A DNA stretch of 64,000 nt from Gammaproteobacteria bacterium (GTDB lineage Bacteria > Pseudomonadota > Gammaproteobacteria > Arenicellales > JAANXG01). Where the stretch lies: contig JAHEIO010000001.1 in assembly GCA_024639325.1 (NCBI GenBank), positions 54,404 to 118,403 on the forward strand. The letters run 5' to 3'. Position 1 is the first letter of the stretch; each line of letters begins with the position of its first letter. The notes beneath the pieces were generated by a model. The model did not search any database. It was not told the origin of the DNA and was given only the letters and a program-made list of their open reading frames with translations. Shown here piece by piece: positions 10,381 to 21,244 of this stretch. The translations under genes and the position numbers were made by a program.

Positions 10381-12459
10381 ATGGTCAAAATCCGAAACCC
10401 GTTACTCGATATGAAACGCCTGCCGGTATTCAGCGAGATCAGGCCCGAACATATTCAGCCCGCGATCGATTGCGTGCTCCTCGAGAACCGGCGGTGTATA
10501 GAGAAGCTGCAGTCAAAATCAGGTAAGGCGACCTGGGATTCTTTTGTTCGGCCCCTGGAAGAGCTAGAGGATCGATTGTCCAAAACCTGGTCGCCGGTAT
10601 CTCACCTTAACTCGGTCAAGGACAGCGAGGCGCTCCGCCGGGAGTACGAGGCGTGCTTGCCCAAGCTGGCGGCATACGAAACGGAACTCGGCCAGAATCA
10701 AGACATATTCGCGGCCTTTCAAGCTATCAAGGCCGGCCCCGAATTCGAGTCTCTGGATCAGGCCCAGCGGATGACCGTTGACCACGCCTTGCGGGACTTC
10801 CATTTGTCGGGCGTGGATCTGCCGACGCGGAAGAAACTGCGATTCAAGGAGATTCAAGAGCGACTGTCCATCCTCGGCAATCAGTTCGAGCGCAACCTGC
10901 TGGATGCCACCCATGCGTGGCAGCTGGACATCCGCGATAGCGGAGATCTTCGTGGCATTCCCCCGACGTCGCTGGATATGGCTCGGCAAATGGCGCGGGA
11001 ACACGAGCAGGAAGGTTGGCGATTTACACTCGACATGCCTTCTTATCTGGCGTTCATGACTTATGCGGACGACCGCTCCCTGCGCGAGACGATGTACGAG
11101 GCCTACGTCACGAGGGCAAGCGAACGGGGCCCCAACGGCGGCAAGTACGACAATGCCGACGGTATGCTCGAAATCTTGGAATTGCGTCGGGAAATGTCAC
11201 GGTTGCTTGGATTTGAAAATTACGCCGAGGTTTCGATGGCGACGAAAATGGCTGATGCCCCGGGGCAGACGATCGAATTCCTGCTTGATCTCGCCCGGCG
11301 CGCCCGGCCCACGGCCGAATCGGAGATCGAGGAATTGCGTAGATTTGCGGCTGACGAACTGGATATCACGCGGCTTGAAGCGTGGGACGTTCTGTATGCC
11401 TCCGAAAAACAGAAACAGTCGCTGTACGATTTTACCGAAGAAGAAATCCGGCCTTATTTCCCCGTGAACCGCGTGTTGAACGGCATGTTCAGCGTCGTCA
11501 GCCGATTGTACGGGCTGGAAATCGAGCGTATACCGAATGTGGATGTGTGGGACCCGGGGGTTCGGTTCTATCAGATTCTGGATTCCAAGGGTGAGGTACG
11601 CGGCCAGTTCTATGTCGATCTTCATGTACGTTCGAACAAGCGCGGCGGCGCATGGATGGACGCGTTTTCGAACCGGAAGCGTATTGGCAACTCGGTGCAG
11701 ATCCCGGTTGCCTATCTGACCTGCAATTTCACCATTCCCACGGTCGACAAACCCGCCCTGCTGACCCATGATGATGTAATTACGCTGTTTCATGAGTTCG
11801 GTCATGGTCTGCACCACATGCTGACCAGGGTAGACTACCTCAGCGTCTCCGGTATCAACGGTGTTGCATGGGATGCGGTTGAGCTGCCGAGTCAGTTCAT
11901 GGAGAACTGGTGCTGGCAGAGCGAGGCCCTCGAGCTGATCGGCAGCCATTATGAGAGCGGTGAATCGTTGCCGGATGATCTGCTGGCAAAAATGAAACAG
12001 GCCCGGAATTTTCAGTCCGGAATGCAGTTATTGAGGCAGATCGAGTTCGCGCTGTTCGACATGCGGCTGCACTCGGATTTCGGAGGCCGGGATAGTAGCG
12101 ACATTCAGGCACTGCTCGACGAGATACGGGATGAAATCGCCGTGATCGTGCCGCCCGCTTACAACAGATTCCAGAACAGCTTCTCGCATATATTCGCCGG
12201 CGGGTATGCGGCGGGTTACTACAGCTATAAATGGGCGGAAGTGCTCTCGGCCGATGCGTTCAGCCTGTTCGAGGAACGGGGAATTTTCGACCGGGCGACC
12301 GGGCGGTCGTTTCTATCCAAAATCCTTGAGACGGGTGGTTCGGTGGACCCGCTCGATGCATTCATTTCGTTTCGCGGTCGCGGGCCTAAGATTGATGCCC
12401 TGTTGCGCCACAGCGGCCTGGGTGGCGCCGGTGTGCCCGAAAATCAGGCCGCAAGGTGA
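10381..12459 (+). CDS. prlC: oligopeptidase A (M3 metallopeptidase)
   Basis: 692 aa. The zinc motif HEFGHGLHH is present, along with an NPLL...LPVFSEIRPEH N-terminus as in PrlC. Confidence 0.9.
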   Translation: MVKIRNPLLDMKRLPVFSEIRPEHIQPAIDCVLLENRRCIEKLQSKSGKATWDSFVRPLEELEDRLSKTWSPVSHLNSVKDSEALRREYEACLPKLAAYETELGQNQDIFAAFQAIKAGPEFESLDQAQRMTVDHALRDFHLSGVDLPTRKKLRFKEIQERLSILGNQFERNLLDATHAWQLDIRDSGDLRGIPPTSLDMARQMAREHEQEGWRFTLDMPSYLAFMTYADDRSLRETMYEAYVTRASERGPNGGKYDNADGMLEILELRREMSRLLGFENYAEVSMATKMADAPGQTIEFLLDLARRARPTAESEIEELRRFAADELDITRLEAWDVLYASEKQKQSLYDFTEEEIRPYFPVNRVLNGMFSVVSRLYGLEIERIPNVDVWDPGVRFYQILDSKGEVRGQFYVDLHVRSNKRGGAWMDAFSNRKRIGNSVQIPVAYLTCNFTIPTVDKPALLTHDDVITLFHEFGHGLHHMLTRVDYLSVSGINGVAWDAVELPSQFMENWCWQSEALELIGSHYESGESLPDDLLAKMKQARNFQSGMQLLRQIEFALFDMRLHSDFGGRDSSDIQALLDEIRDEIAVIVPPAYNRFQNSFSHIFAGGYAAGYYSYKWAEVLSADAFSLFEERGIFDRATGRSFLSKILETGGSVDPLDAFISFRGRGPKIDALLRHSGLGGAGVPENQAAR

Positions 12460-12491
12460 GGTAAACGGGAGTTTCGTCTATACTTATTCCG

Positions 12492-13139
12492 ATGAGCAGA
12501 TTCGCTATATTGGTGTTCAGCACGATTCTCGTGGCCGCCTCGGCCCAGGGCCAGAATTTGTACAAGTGGGTGGACGAGGACGGCAACATCACCTACCAGG
12601 ACAGTCCCCCGCCCGGGGCCTCGAATGACGCTAAACCCTACGCCGAGGATCCGGAAGTGGCCGCCGAACGCTCCGATGCCGCGGGCCCCGACGTATCGGT
12701 GACTCTGTACACGGTGCCCGTTTGCGATGCCTGCGACCTGGTGCGCAACCTGCTCGAAAAAAATCGGATTCCATTCGAGGAAAAAGACGCCGGCAGCAGC
12801 GTATCCGTGCAGGACGAACTCATGGAAATTGCCGGCCAGTTGTCGGTTCCGATGCTGGCGATCGGTGACGGCCTGGTCAGCGGTTACAGCTCGAACGCGA
12901 TCAATACCGCGCTAAGCAGCGCGGGATTCGTTCTCGGGGATAGTGCACCCGTTGACGATGACGCGGAGCCGCCGTCGGGTGCCGCACTGTCCGAGGACGA
13001 AGTCACGCAACAGGCCGCGGACGCGGCTGCCGAGCTCACCGCGGACCTGGAAGAGCTGGGTAACGATCCCGGCCTCCTCGAAGATGTCGTCGAGGAGATC
13101 CCCGAGGAAGAGCAGATCAAGGTCCGAGTCGGCGAGTAG
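12492..13139 (+). CDS. DUF4124-like / glutaredoxin-fold protein with an acidic C-terminal tail
   Basis: 215 aa with a signal peptide. A LYKWVDEDGNITYQDSPP (DUF4124-like) motif is followed by a Grx-like segment, VTLYTVPVCDACDLVRNLL, and a tail very rich in Asp/Glu. Confidence 0.55.
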   Translation: MSRFAILVFSTILVAASAQGQNLYKWVDEDGNITYQDSPPPGASNDAKPYAEDPEVAAERSDAAGPDVSVTLYTVPVCDACDLVRNLLEKNRIPFEEKDAGSSVSVQDELMEIAGQLSVPMLAIGDGLVSGYSSNAINTALSSAGFVLGDSAPVDDDAEPPSGAALSEDEVTQQAADAAAELTADLEELGNDPGLLEDVVEEIPEEEQIKVRVGE

Positions 13140-13207
13140 CTGTTCGAAGCGCGCCTCGTTCGAGCCTGGCGGGAAGCAGGTTACACAGTTCCCAACCTCC
13201 GCACCGG

Positions 13208-13975
13208 ATGAAAATAGCAACCTGGAACGTCAATTCGCTGAGGGTTAGGCTGCCTCATGTGCTGGATTGGGTAGTCGATAACCAACCCGAAATTCTCTGT
13301 CTCCAGGAAACGAAGATGGTGAACGAGGATTTTCCAGAGGCGGAGATCCGGCAAGCCGGGTACAACGTGGTGTATTCAGGCCAGAAAACCTACAACGGTG
13401 TGGCGATACTGAGCAGGATGCATGCACGAGACGTCTTTGCCGGCATTCCGGGTAACGACGATCCACAGCGGCGGGTAATGGCCGCAACCGTGGGCAAGGT
13501 GCGTGTGGTTAACGTCTACGTCCCGAATGGACAGGAGGTCGGTTCGGAAAAGTACCGATACAAATTGGATTGGCTGGTAAAACTGGAGGAATACATTCAG
13601 ACCGAACTCGGCGAACACCAGGAACTGGCCCTGCTCGGAGACTTCAATATCGCGCCGACGGATAGGGACGTACACGATCCGGTATTGTGGCGGGGCAAGG
13701 TATTGTGCAGTGAGCCGGAGCGCAAGGCTTTGCAAGCGCTTGTGGACGTGGGTCTCAACGACAGCTTTCGAAAGTTCGAGCAGGAACCGGAGAGCTTCAC
13801 ATGGTGGGACTATCGGGCGGCGGCTTTCAGGCGCAATCGTGGCCTGCGGATCGACCACATCCTCTGCAGTGACTCCCTCTATACGCGATGTCTTGCCTGC
13901 CACGTGGACAAGGGGCCGAGGAAGCTGGAACGGCCATCGGATCATGCACCCGTGATGGCGGAGTTCGAAGGCTGA
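13208..13975 (+). CDS. xthA: exodeoxyribonuclease III
   Basis: 255 aa. It has MKIATWNVNSLRVR, LCLQETK and the C-terminal SDHAPV motif. Confidence 0.9.
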   Translation: MKIATWNVNSLRVRLPHVLDWVVDNQPEILCLQETKMVNEDFPEAEIRQAGYNVVYSGQKTYNGVAILSRMHARDVFAGIPGNDDPQRRVMAATVGKVRVVNVYVPNGQEVGSEKYRYKLDWLVKLEEYIQTELGEHQELALLGDFNIAPTDRDVHDPVLWRGKVLCSEPERKALQALVDVGLNDSFRKFEQEPESFTWWDYRAAAFRRNRGLRIDHILCSDSLYTRCLACHVDKGPRKLERPSDHAPVMAEFEG

Positions 13976-14152
13976 ATCAGGTCGTCGTAGGAATCTGAAC
14001 GTCGATATGGTGTGAGGCGGGTAACAGAGCTGGCGGAGGCCGGGAGCCGAAATTGAACAGATGGGACGCGTTTGGCGTGTCGGAGGCGCCAAAGCCGAAT
14101 AGCGGGATGGATGCCTGCTCACTTTGCAACCTGTCCTGGTGAAACATGCGGT

Positions 14153-15004
14153 CTAATCGCGGGCGACCGGCACTTGTCCGGCGGTTACTCGGGGATGGCC
14201 CGAGTGGTCCTGATTGCAAACGATCCGGTGCAATCCGCCCCGTTCGAATATCTGCCTCACTGCCTGCTGTTGGTTGAAACCATGTTCGACAAGAAGCCAA
14301 CCGCCGCTGCGCAGATGTCTCGAAGCTCCTGTGCCGATGTCACGCAGCGCGTCGAGGCCCTCCGGTCCCGCTTTCAGCGCGCTTACGGGTTCATGTGCGA
14401 GATCATCATGCAGCAGGCACGAATCACCATCTGCGATATAGGGCGGATTGGAAACGATCACATCGAAGTCGAGCCCCGCCAGCGGTGCGTACCAGTGTCC
14501 GCACAGAAATCTTATGTTTTGGATTTCCAGCCGCCTGGCGTTGCTTTCCGCGACGCGCAGCGCCTCGAGGGAAATGTCGGTGGCCGTCAGTTTGCTGGAC
14601 GGTCGTTCACGGGCAATGGCCAGGGCCACCGCGCCGCTCCCCGTCCCCAGATCGGCGATACGGTAATGCGCATGCTGCGGAATCAACCTCAGCGCGTGCT
14701 CGACGAGGTGTTCGGTTTCAGGCCGGGGAACCAGTACCGAGCATTCGACCTGCAGGTGTAGGGACCAGAATTCTTTCGAGCCGGTGATGTACGCAACGGG
14801 CTCGCCGCGCCTGCGCTGCTCTATCAGCGTCCGGTAGCGTTCCAGCTCATCGCGGTGGACTGTATCGTTGCCATGGGCGAGCAACCAGGCGTGCGTCCGT
14901 GACAGGCTGTGTTCGAGCAGGACGCGAGCATCGAGGTTCGCCGTGGCACTGGTGTTCTCCAGTATCCGCGCGGCCCGCGCCAGGGCGTCGTCGATGCTGA
15001 TCAC
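14153..15004 (-). CDS. prmC: release-factor glutamine N5-methyltransferase
   Basis: 283 aa. The SAM motif DLGTGSG and the NPPY motif are present, and the gene lies downstream of prfA. Confidence 0.9.
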   Translation of the reverse strand: MISIDDALARAARILENTSATANLDARVLLEHSLSRTHAWLLAHGNDTVHRDELERYRTLIEQRRRGEPVAYITGSKEFWSLHLQVECSVLVPRPETEHLVEHALRLIPQHAHYRIADLGTGSGAVALAIARERPSSKLTATDISLEALRVAESNARRLEIQNIRFLCGHWYAPLAGLDFDVIVSNPPYIADGDSCLLHDDLAHEPVSALKAGPEGLDALRDIGTGASRHLRSGGWLLVEHGFNQQQAVRQIFERGGLHRIVCNQDHSGHPRVTAGQVPVARD

Positions 15005-15024
15005 CGGTTTTGCGTCCAGCTGAT

Positions 15025-16113
15025 TCAGGTGCCGGCCGAGAGCGCCGCCAGTTGATTCATCTGGTGTTCGTTCAGCAACGGCCCGATGACCTGGTCCAGA
15101 TCTCCCGACAGCACCTCATCCAGTTTGTAGAGGGTGAGATTGATGCGATGGTCGGTAACGCGGCCCTGCGGAAAGTTGTATGTGCGTATTCTTTCCGAAC
15201 GATCCCCGCTGCCTACCAGGGATTTTCTGGTTTGCGCTTCTTCGGCAAGCTGCCTGTTCCTCTCCGCCTCGAGCAGGCGTGACCTCAGAACGGTCATCGC
15301 TCGCGCCCTGTTCTTGTGCTGAGAGCGCTCGTCCTGGGATTCGACGACCATCCCGGTCGGCAGGTGCGTGATCCTGATGGCGGAGTCCGTTTTGTTGACA
15401 TGCTGGCCACCGGCGCCGGACGCGCGAAAGGTGTCAATACGCAGGTCCTGTGCATTGACCTCCACGTCATCGATTTCGTCGGCTTCCGGCATTACCGCCA
15501 CCGTGCAGGCGGAGGTGTGAATTCGCCCCTGCGCCTCGGTCTCGGGAACGCGCTGCACCCGGTGGGCGCCAGACTCGAACTTGAGACGCGAGTAGGCGTT
15601 CTTGCCCACAATCCGGCTGATGATTTCTTTGTAACCCCCGTGCTCACCCTCGCTCTTGCTGATGATCTCCACCTTCCAGCGCCGCCGCTCCGCGTAGATG
15701 GCGTACATGCGAAACAGGTCTCCGGCAAACAATCCCGCCTCGTCACCCCCCGTTCCGGCCCTGATTTCCAGCAGGATGTTGCGCCCGTCGTTTGGGTCCC
15801 TCGGTACGAGAAGTTTCTGGATCTCCCGTTCCTGATCGGACAGCCGGGCCTCGAGGTCTCTGATCTCCTCCTGGACCATCGTTCTGATTTCACTGTCGCT
15901 TTCCGCCAGCATCGAGTGGGCGGCCTCCAGTTCGTCCCGGGTAGCCTGAAGCGCCCGGTACTGTCGAACCACGGGTTCGATATCGGACAGTTCGATGGAC
16001 AGGTTCCTGAACCTATCCTGGTCCTTGATTGTTGCCGGATCGACCAGAAGTCCATTGATTTCCGACCGCCGCTCTGCCAGCTGATCCAGCTTGTCCTGTA
16101 TGGATGGATTCAT
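15025..16113 (-). CDS. prfA: peptide chain release factor 1
   Basis: 362 aa. The GGQ motif ([14 protein letters not shown]) and the RF1-type PxT tripeptide (VPET) are present. Confidence 0.95.
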   Translation of the reverse strand: MNPSIQDKLDQLAERRSEINGLLVDPATIKDQDRFRNLSIELSDIEPVVRQYRALQATRDELEAAHSMLAESDSEIRTMVQEEIRDLEARLSDQEREIQKLLVPRDPNDGRNILLEIRAGTGGDEAGLFAGDLFRMYAIYAERRRWKVEIISKSEGEHGGYKEIISRIVGKNAYSRLKFESGAHRVQRVPETEAQGRIHTSACTVAVMPEADEIDDVEVNAQDLRIDTFRASGAGGQHVNKTDSAIRITHLPTGMVVESQDERSQHKNRARAMTVLRSRLLEAERNRQLAEEAQTRKSLVGSGDRSERIRTYNFPQGRVTDHRINLTLYKLDEVLSGDLDQVIGPLLNEHQMNQLAALSAGT

Positions 16114-16125
16114 GAAAGTCCCGAT

Positions 16126-17400
16126 CTACGGCTCCAGTTTGAACAATCTTCGCACGGCGTCGTTCAAGGTGCCGTCGTTGTCGCTCCTTGCCAGCTGCTC
16201 GGTGGGATTGTGGGTGAATTTCCTCGACAGGCTGCCGGCGAGCTGGCGGACTACTTCATTCGCGTCCGCACCGGCCTGCAGTTTTTTCTGCGCTCGTTCC
16301 ACTTCGGTTTCAACCATACGGTCGAACGATTCCCGAAGCGCCTTGATCGTGGGCACCGCATTCAGGCTGTTTAGCCAGCCCATGAACTCGTCGGTCTGGG
16401 TATCGATGATCTGCTCCGCTTCGCGGGCGGCCTGTCTTCGGGCCTGGAGGTTTTCTTCTATCACCCCCTGCAGGTCATCTACCGTGTAAAGAAAGACATC
16501 GTCGAGTTCGGCCACTTCGGTCTCGATATCGCGGGGCACGGCAAGGTCCACCATGAAAATAGGACTGCGTCTGCGCCTCTTCAGGGCACTTTCGACCGCA
16601 CCCTTGCCCAGTATCGGCAGCGTGCTTGCGGTAGAGGAGATGACGATGTCGCCATCGCTCAAACGCGCCGGAAGTTCGTCCAGAGAAATGGCTTCCGCAC
16701 CAAAGGTTTCGGCTAGCCGGCGGGCGCGCTCCAGGGTGCGATTGGCCACGATCAGGTGTTTTACGCCGTTTTCCTTCAAATGCCGTGCCGTAAGTTCGAT
16801 AGTCTCACCTGCTCCGATCATCAGCACCGTCTGCTGCGACAGGTCGGAGAAGATCTGTTTGGAAAGCGATACCGCCGCGAACGCCACGCTTACCGCGCTG
16901 GAACCAATGGCCGTGTCCGTGCGCACCCGCTTCGCGACCGAGAAAGTCTGCTGGAATAAGCGGTTCAGTATTTTGCCGGTGACGCCGGACTTGTGAGCAA
17001 TCGCAAATGCCTCTTTCATTTGCCCCAGAATCTGCGGTTCGCCCAGTACCATCGAATCCAGGCCCGAGGCGACCCGGAACGCATGCCGGACCGCCTGTTC
17101 ATCCGGAAATCGGTACAAATAGGGTGAAAGGTCCGATTCCGGGACGCCATGAAAAGCACACAACCACGAAATGAGCTGTTCTTCGGAGTTGTCCTGCTGA
17201 TGGCAGTAAATTTCGGTTCGGTTGCAGGTGGAGAGAATGGCCGCCTCCCTAACCTGGTTTCGCTTCGCCACCTCGTGCAGCGCTTCCACCAGCCGTTCCG
17301 CCGTAACCGCGACCCGCTCCCTGACGCCAATGGGGGCGCTGTCGTGGTTCAGTCCAATTGCAATCAGACGCACTAGTGTGGTGTAACCTGGTTTTGCCAA
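16126..17400 (-). CDS. hemA: glutamyl-tRNA reductase
   Basis: 424 aa. It has GLNHDSAPIGVRE, ILSTCNRTEIY and GAGE NADPH motifs. The start is TTG 17400 or GTG 17373. Confidence 0.9.
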   Translation of the reverse strand: MAKPGYTTLVRLIAIGLNHDSAPIGVRERVAVTAERLVEALHEVAKRNQVREAAILSTCNRTEIYCHQQDNSEEQLISWLCAFHGVPESDLSPYLYRFPDEQAVRHAFRVASGLDSMVLGEPQILGQMKEAFAIAHKSGVTGKILNRLFQQTFSVAKRVRTDTAIGSSAVSVAFAAVSLSKQIFSDLSQQTVLMIGAGETIELTARHLKENGVKHLIVANRTLERARRLAETFGAEAISLDELPARLSDGDIVISSTASTLPILGKGAVESALKRRRRSPIFMVDLAVPRDIETEVAELDDVFLYTVDDLQGVIEENLQARRQAAREAEQIIDTQTDEFMGWLNSLNAVPTIKALRESFDRMVETEVERAQKKLQAGADANEVVRQLAGSLSRKFTHNPTEQLARSDNDGTLNDAVRRLFKLEP

Positions 17401-17407
17401 TAACGGT

Positions 17408-19129
17408 TCATGGGGCGCCGGTTGACGCTGATGCGGTGCCCAGCCGCCGCCGCTCTCTCACGAACGCCTTGATAGCGGCGATCGCGGTGGCAACCGCCAG
17501 CAGACCCCCCGCAGACGCCATCACCAGCAGTGCCCAGTGCCCGGAATTCCACCAGTCCAGTAACAACCAGAACAATCCCCATGTCGCGCATAGCAGCACG
17601 AACAATCCCGGCACAAATACAAACGTCATTCCTCTGGAATGCTTGAACAGGATCAGGCTGAGCATCAGCATTACGGCCCCGGCAAACAGCTGGTTGGTCA
17701 ATCCGAGGAACAACCAGTGATTCAATCCAAGGTCTACCTGAAGCGCGAAACACGTTGCAACAAAGACGATGCCCGTCGCAATACGTGCCCTGTTCTTCCT
17801 GCCTCGCAGCCGCTGCACCGAAAAATCCTCAGCGAATTCCTCGACGCCGAATGACAGGGCCCGAAGAGTGGATTCCAGCATGGTCAGCGCCATGGATGCC
17901 ACAATTGCCGCGACCATAGTCACCGCCAGGTGCAACGGCACGCCGAGAGCAGCCACGAATCTCCCCATTTTCGTGACGGCCAGGTCGAGCCAGGCAAACA
18001 CCTCGGTTCGATGCGGCAAGGATCCGTACATAGACGACCACTCCCCTGTCTCGGAAAAGCCGGCGCAAAGGACGGCCAGCACCACGACAGCCAGCGCCCC
18101 GTTGATCATGGCGCTGCCAAAAGTGATCAAGGAGGCGTCTTTGTGCTGATTGATCTGACGCATGGTCGGGCCGGTAGCAATCAGCGCAGTGACACCCGAT
18201 ATGGAACCGGCGCTTATCGCCAGAAACAGTAAAGGAAACAGATCGGGCAGCGTCGTTTCGACATTGAACTCAGGCGCCACGATGGTCGGGGCCGACAGCA
18301 CCAGTCCGGAAACGGTGAGCAACATAACGAGTGCCAGCAATATACCTACGACGACACCCCTTGGTCGGCCGATTGCCGATATGGGCGCATCGATGGATCG
18401 AAACGCCACCGCGAGTGCCACCGCAACCCACGGGGTCTCGTTCGGTATTTTTAGCACTTCATCGCCGTTGATATCGAGCGCCAATTCACCGCCAATGCTC
18501 AGTGGGAATATCTGTCCCAGAAACATCCCCGTAATCAGCAGGCCGGTGGTCACCGCAACCCACATCAATCTGGCCAGTCCGGAATGGGATGAGAGCATAC
18601 GGCGGAGCGGCCAGGCGGAGGCCGCGAGTGAGAGAAAAAACCAGGTCGCGTCCGGATGTGCCTGCAGCAACTGTCCCAGCAGCACAGCCGTCAGTGTGCA
18701 CATCAACACCAGCAGGGCGACCCCCAGCAGAAAAACGGGTAGCGCGGCCCACGCCCCCGCCGCTTCGAAAATAACCCCCGCCATACTGTTGCCGCCGTCT
18801 CGCAGGCTCGACCACAAGCTCGCCATAGCGTAGATGCCGCCGGCGACCAGTGTGCCTACGACAATCCACAAAAATGCCGGTACCCAGCCCCACGCTACGC
18901 CGATACCGACACCGGTAATCGACACCAGTCCGACGCTGGCTGCGGCGTGGTATCCCAATAGCAGCCAGCGGTTGCAGGCGCTGTAGTCATGCGGATCCGC
19001 CTGCTGGTGAGCGGGTGTGGTTACATCCTTGCGTGGCCGGAACACCCCGAGAACAAGAAATTTTGCGTAAAAACGATAGCCCATGACGAACACGCACAAA
19101 ACAATCACAATCAGAAAAATCGCGTTCAT
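17408..19129 (-). CDS. CstA-family (carbon starvation protein A-like) transporter, divergent member
   Basis: 573 aa polytopic membrane protein. The N-terminus GYRFYAKFL and the block LLGYHAAASVG...GWVPAFLWIVVGTLVAGG resemble CstA/BtsT. It ends 7 nt upstream of hemA. Confidence 0.55.
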   Translation of the reverse strand: MNAIFLIVIVLCVFVMGYRFYAKFLVLGVFRPRKDVTTPAHQQADPHDYSACNRWLLLGYHAAASVGLVSITGVGIGVAWGWVPAFLWIVVGTLVAGGIYAMASLWSSLRDGGNSMAGVIFEAAGAWAALPVFLLGVALLVLMCTLTAVLLGQLLQAHPDATWFFLSLAASAWPLRRMLSSHSGLARLMWVAVTTGLLITGMFLGQIFPLSIGGELALDINGDEVLKIPNETPWVAVALAVAFRSIDAPISAIGRPRGVVVGILLALVMLLTVSGLVLSAPTIVAPEFNVETTLPDLFPLLFLAISAGSISGVTALIATGPTMRQINQHKDASLITFGSAMINGALAVVVLAVLCAGFSETGEWSSMYGSLPHRTEVFAWLDLAVTKMGRFVAALGVPLHLAVTMVAAIVASMALTMLESTLRALSFGVEEFAEDFSVQRLRGRKNRARIATGIVFVATCFALQVDLGLNHWLFLGLTNQLFAGAVMLMLSLILFKHSRGMTFVFVPGLFVLLCATWGLFWLLLDWWNSGHWALLVMASAGGLLAVATAIAAIKAFVRERRRLGTASASTGAP

Positions 19130-19480
19130 CGCGTGTTAAACCGCGTATTGCACCGGGCCGGCGCCCAGCCAAAGCGGCCCTGCGTCGTCATTCGGGATCC
19201 TGATGCAATATGCAGACTGACCCTGGTTATGTTTTGATACACAATCTTTCTGGCGCTTTGTCAGAGCAATAGGTTATCGAATCAACCCGGCACCCAATGA
19301 TGCAATATGCGGGCTGGGGATAAGTGCCTATAATAATGTATGAAAACCGAAGACGGAGTTAAAATGACCTATATTCGGATTTTGTTGTCTGATCAGTGAG
19401 GTGAATGGAGGGCGGGTGTCCTCCTGCAAGAGTCTGAATGTTACCGCGACAAGCAAGCTAGAAAACTCCTTATATTCCCG

Positions 19481-21244
19481 GTGAAGCTACCCAATATCGT
19501 TGACATATCGAAAGATCGGCGTCGTCTGGGCGTCGTTTTGTGCGCGCTGGCGATGTTATCGGGCTGTGCGTCGGCGCCGCCTGTTGCCGATGGAACGGCA
19601 GAACAGACCGAGGCGGGCGAAGCGGAACCTGCGGATACCGCCGGCCTGCCGGCTGTCGAACTGGATTCCGAACTGTTGTACCAGCTGCTGCTGGGGGAGC
19701 TGGCGCTTCAACGAGGTGATTTCGACACTGCTGCCAGTGCACTGCACAATGCCGCCGGGCAGGCCCGTGACTACCGCCTGGCGGAGCGGTCTACCCGGGT
19801 GGCGCTGCGGGCCAGGGACTTCAGGCGAGCCAAACAGTCGGCCCGTATTTGGGCGGAACTGCGGCCTCAAGATACCGAGCCATTGGAAATCGCAGCTATG
19901 GCGCTGGTGGAAGAAGGAAAAACGGACGAGGCCGGGGCAGTTGTAGAGGAACTTCTGACACGCGATCCCGAGGGCCGGACCCGCACCTATCGCAGACTGG
20001 CCGAACTGTTGAGCCGCCAGCCCAACCGGGCAGGCGCGTTGGTGCTCATGTCAGAACTAGTGGCACTCGATCCGGATAATGCCGAAGTCCATTACGCGCG
20101 GGCATACCTCGCCGATCGTCTGGATGAGGCGGACCTCGTTGTCGAATCGCTGGACAGAGCTCTCGAATTGAATCCGGCTTCTGAGGATGCCGCGCTGGCA
20201 AAGGCCGCGCATCTGGCAGGAATCGAGGGGCAAAAAGAATCGGTGATCGAGTTCTGTGAGACATTCCTTGACCGTTTTCCGGAGTCGAAAAGGCTCAGAC
20301 TTTATTTTGCCCGTTACCTGGTCGACCAGGATGAACATGCGCGCGGATACGACCAGTTCACGGTGCTTGCCGATCAGGAACCGGGCAACGCCGACGCGCT
20401 TTACGCCGCCGGGCTGCTGGCCATAGAGCTCGATCGTCTCGAAGACGCCGAGCGATATCTCAAGGCTAATCTCGAACTGCGGCCGGGAAACGACCAGATC
20501 AGGCTTTATCTGGGCCAACTGGCCATCGAACGCGAGAGCTACGAAGAGGCCATGCAGATATATCGGGCCGTGCAGTCGGAGTCCTACTATTTCGAGGCTC
20601 AGTTGTCGATAACCGACCTACTGATGGAAACCGACGGCACCGAGGCCGCATTGGCACACCTGGAGACGCTGCATCCGGTCAATCAGGACGAATACGTGCG
20701 GTGGATCCTTACACACGAACAGGTATTTCGTAATTCGAAACAGCTGGATGATGCCAAGGCTGTTCTCGATTCAGCGGTCGCGCGATATCCGGAAAATACC
20801 GAATTGCTCTACGCGCGCGGGCTGATCGCGGCACAGCTCAACCTGCTCGAGGTCCACGAGACCGACATGCGCAAACTTCTCGTCAAGGATCCGCAAAATG
20901 CGCACGCGCTTAACGCTCTGGGCTATACGCTGGCGGACACCACGGACCGGTACGAGGAAGCGCAGAACCTCATCGAACAGGCGCTTTCTATCAGGCCCGA
21001 GGATCCGTTTATTCTGGACAGCATGGGCTGGGTCCAGTACAGGCTGGGTAATCATACCGATGCCATCGAGTACCTGGAACGGGCGCTGACCAAACGCGAG
21101 GATGCAGAAATTGCGGCTCATCTGGGAGAGGTGCTGTGGGTGCACGGGGATCAGGAGCGGGCTACGCAAATTTGGCAGCGCGCACTGGAAAAAAATCCTG
21201 AGAACGACGTTCTTCTGAATACCCTGAAAAAATTCAATCAATGA
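19481..21244 (+). CDS. TPR-repeat lipoprotein
   Basis: 587 aa with a GTG start and a lipobox LSGCAS. TPR-like repeats occur throughout. The position upstream of lolB is conserved, as in Pseudomonas. Confidence 0.7.
   Translation: MKLPNIVDISKDRRRLGVVLCALAMLSGCASAPPVADGTAEQTEAGEAEPADTAGLPAVELDSELLYQLLLGELALQRGDFDTAASALHNAAGQARDYRLAERSTRVALRARDFRRAKQSARIWAELRPQDTEPLEIAAMALVEEGKTDEAGAVVEELLTRDPEGRTRTYRRLAELLSRQPNRAGALVLMSELVALDPDNAEVHYARAYLADRLDEADLVVESLDRALELNPASEDAALAKAAHLAGIEGQKESVIEFCETFLDRFPESKRLRLYFARYLVDQDEHARGYDQFTVLADQEPGNADALYAAGLLAIELDRLEDAERYLKANLELRPGNDQIRLYLGQLAIERESYEEAMQIYRAVQSESYYFEAQLSITDLLMETDGTEAALAHLETLHPVNQDEYVRWILTHEQVFRNSKQLDDAKAVLDSAVARYPENTELLYARGLIAAQLNLLEVHETDMRKLLVKDPQNAHALNALGYTLADTTDRYEEAQNLIEQALSIRPEDPFILDSMGWVQYRLGNHTDAIEYLERALTKREDAEIAAHLGEVLWVHGDQERATQIWQRALEKNPENDVLLNTLKKFNQ

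Noticed and set aside
15316-16374. A 352-aa ORF lies antisense to prfA and hemA. Similar antisense ORFs occur at 13376-14122, 25001-25834, 41760-42926 and 56594-57847.
   Set aside because: All lie opposite confidently identified genes, lack motifs and have no independent start or Shine-Dalgarno context.
520-19129. The LytS-like kinases and LytTR regulator, together with the CstA-family transporter, might form a BtsSR/BtsT-type sensing and uptake module.
   Set aside because: The genes are 14 kb apart and separated by unrelated housekeeping genes. The kinase-regulator pair sits in the conserved argH/algZR/hemC context, and the kinases lack the 5TMR-LYT/GAF architecture of BtsS.
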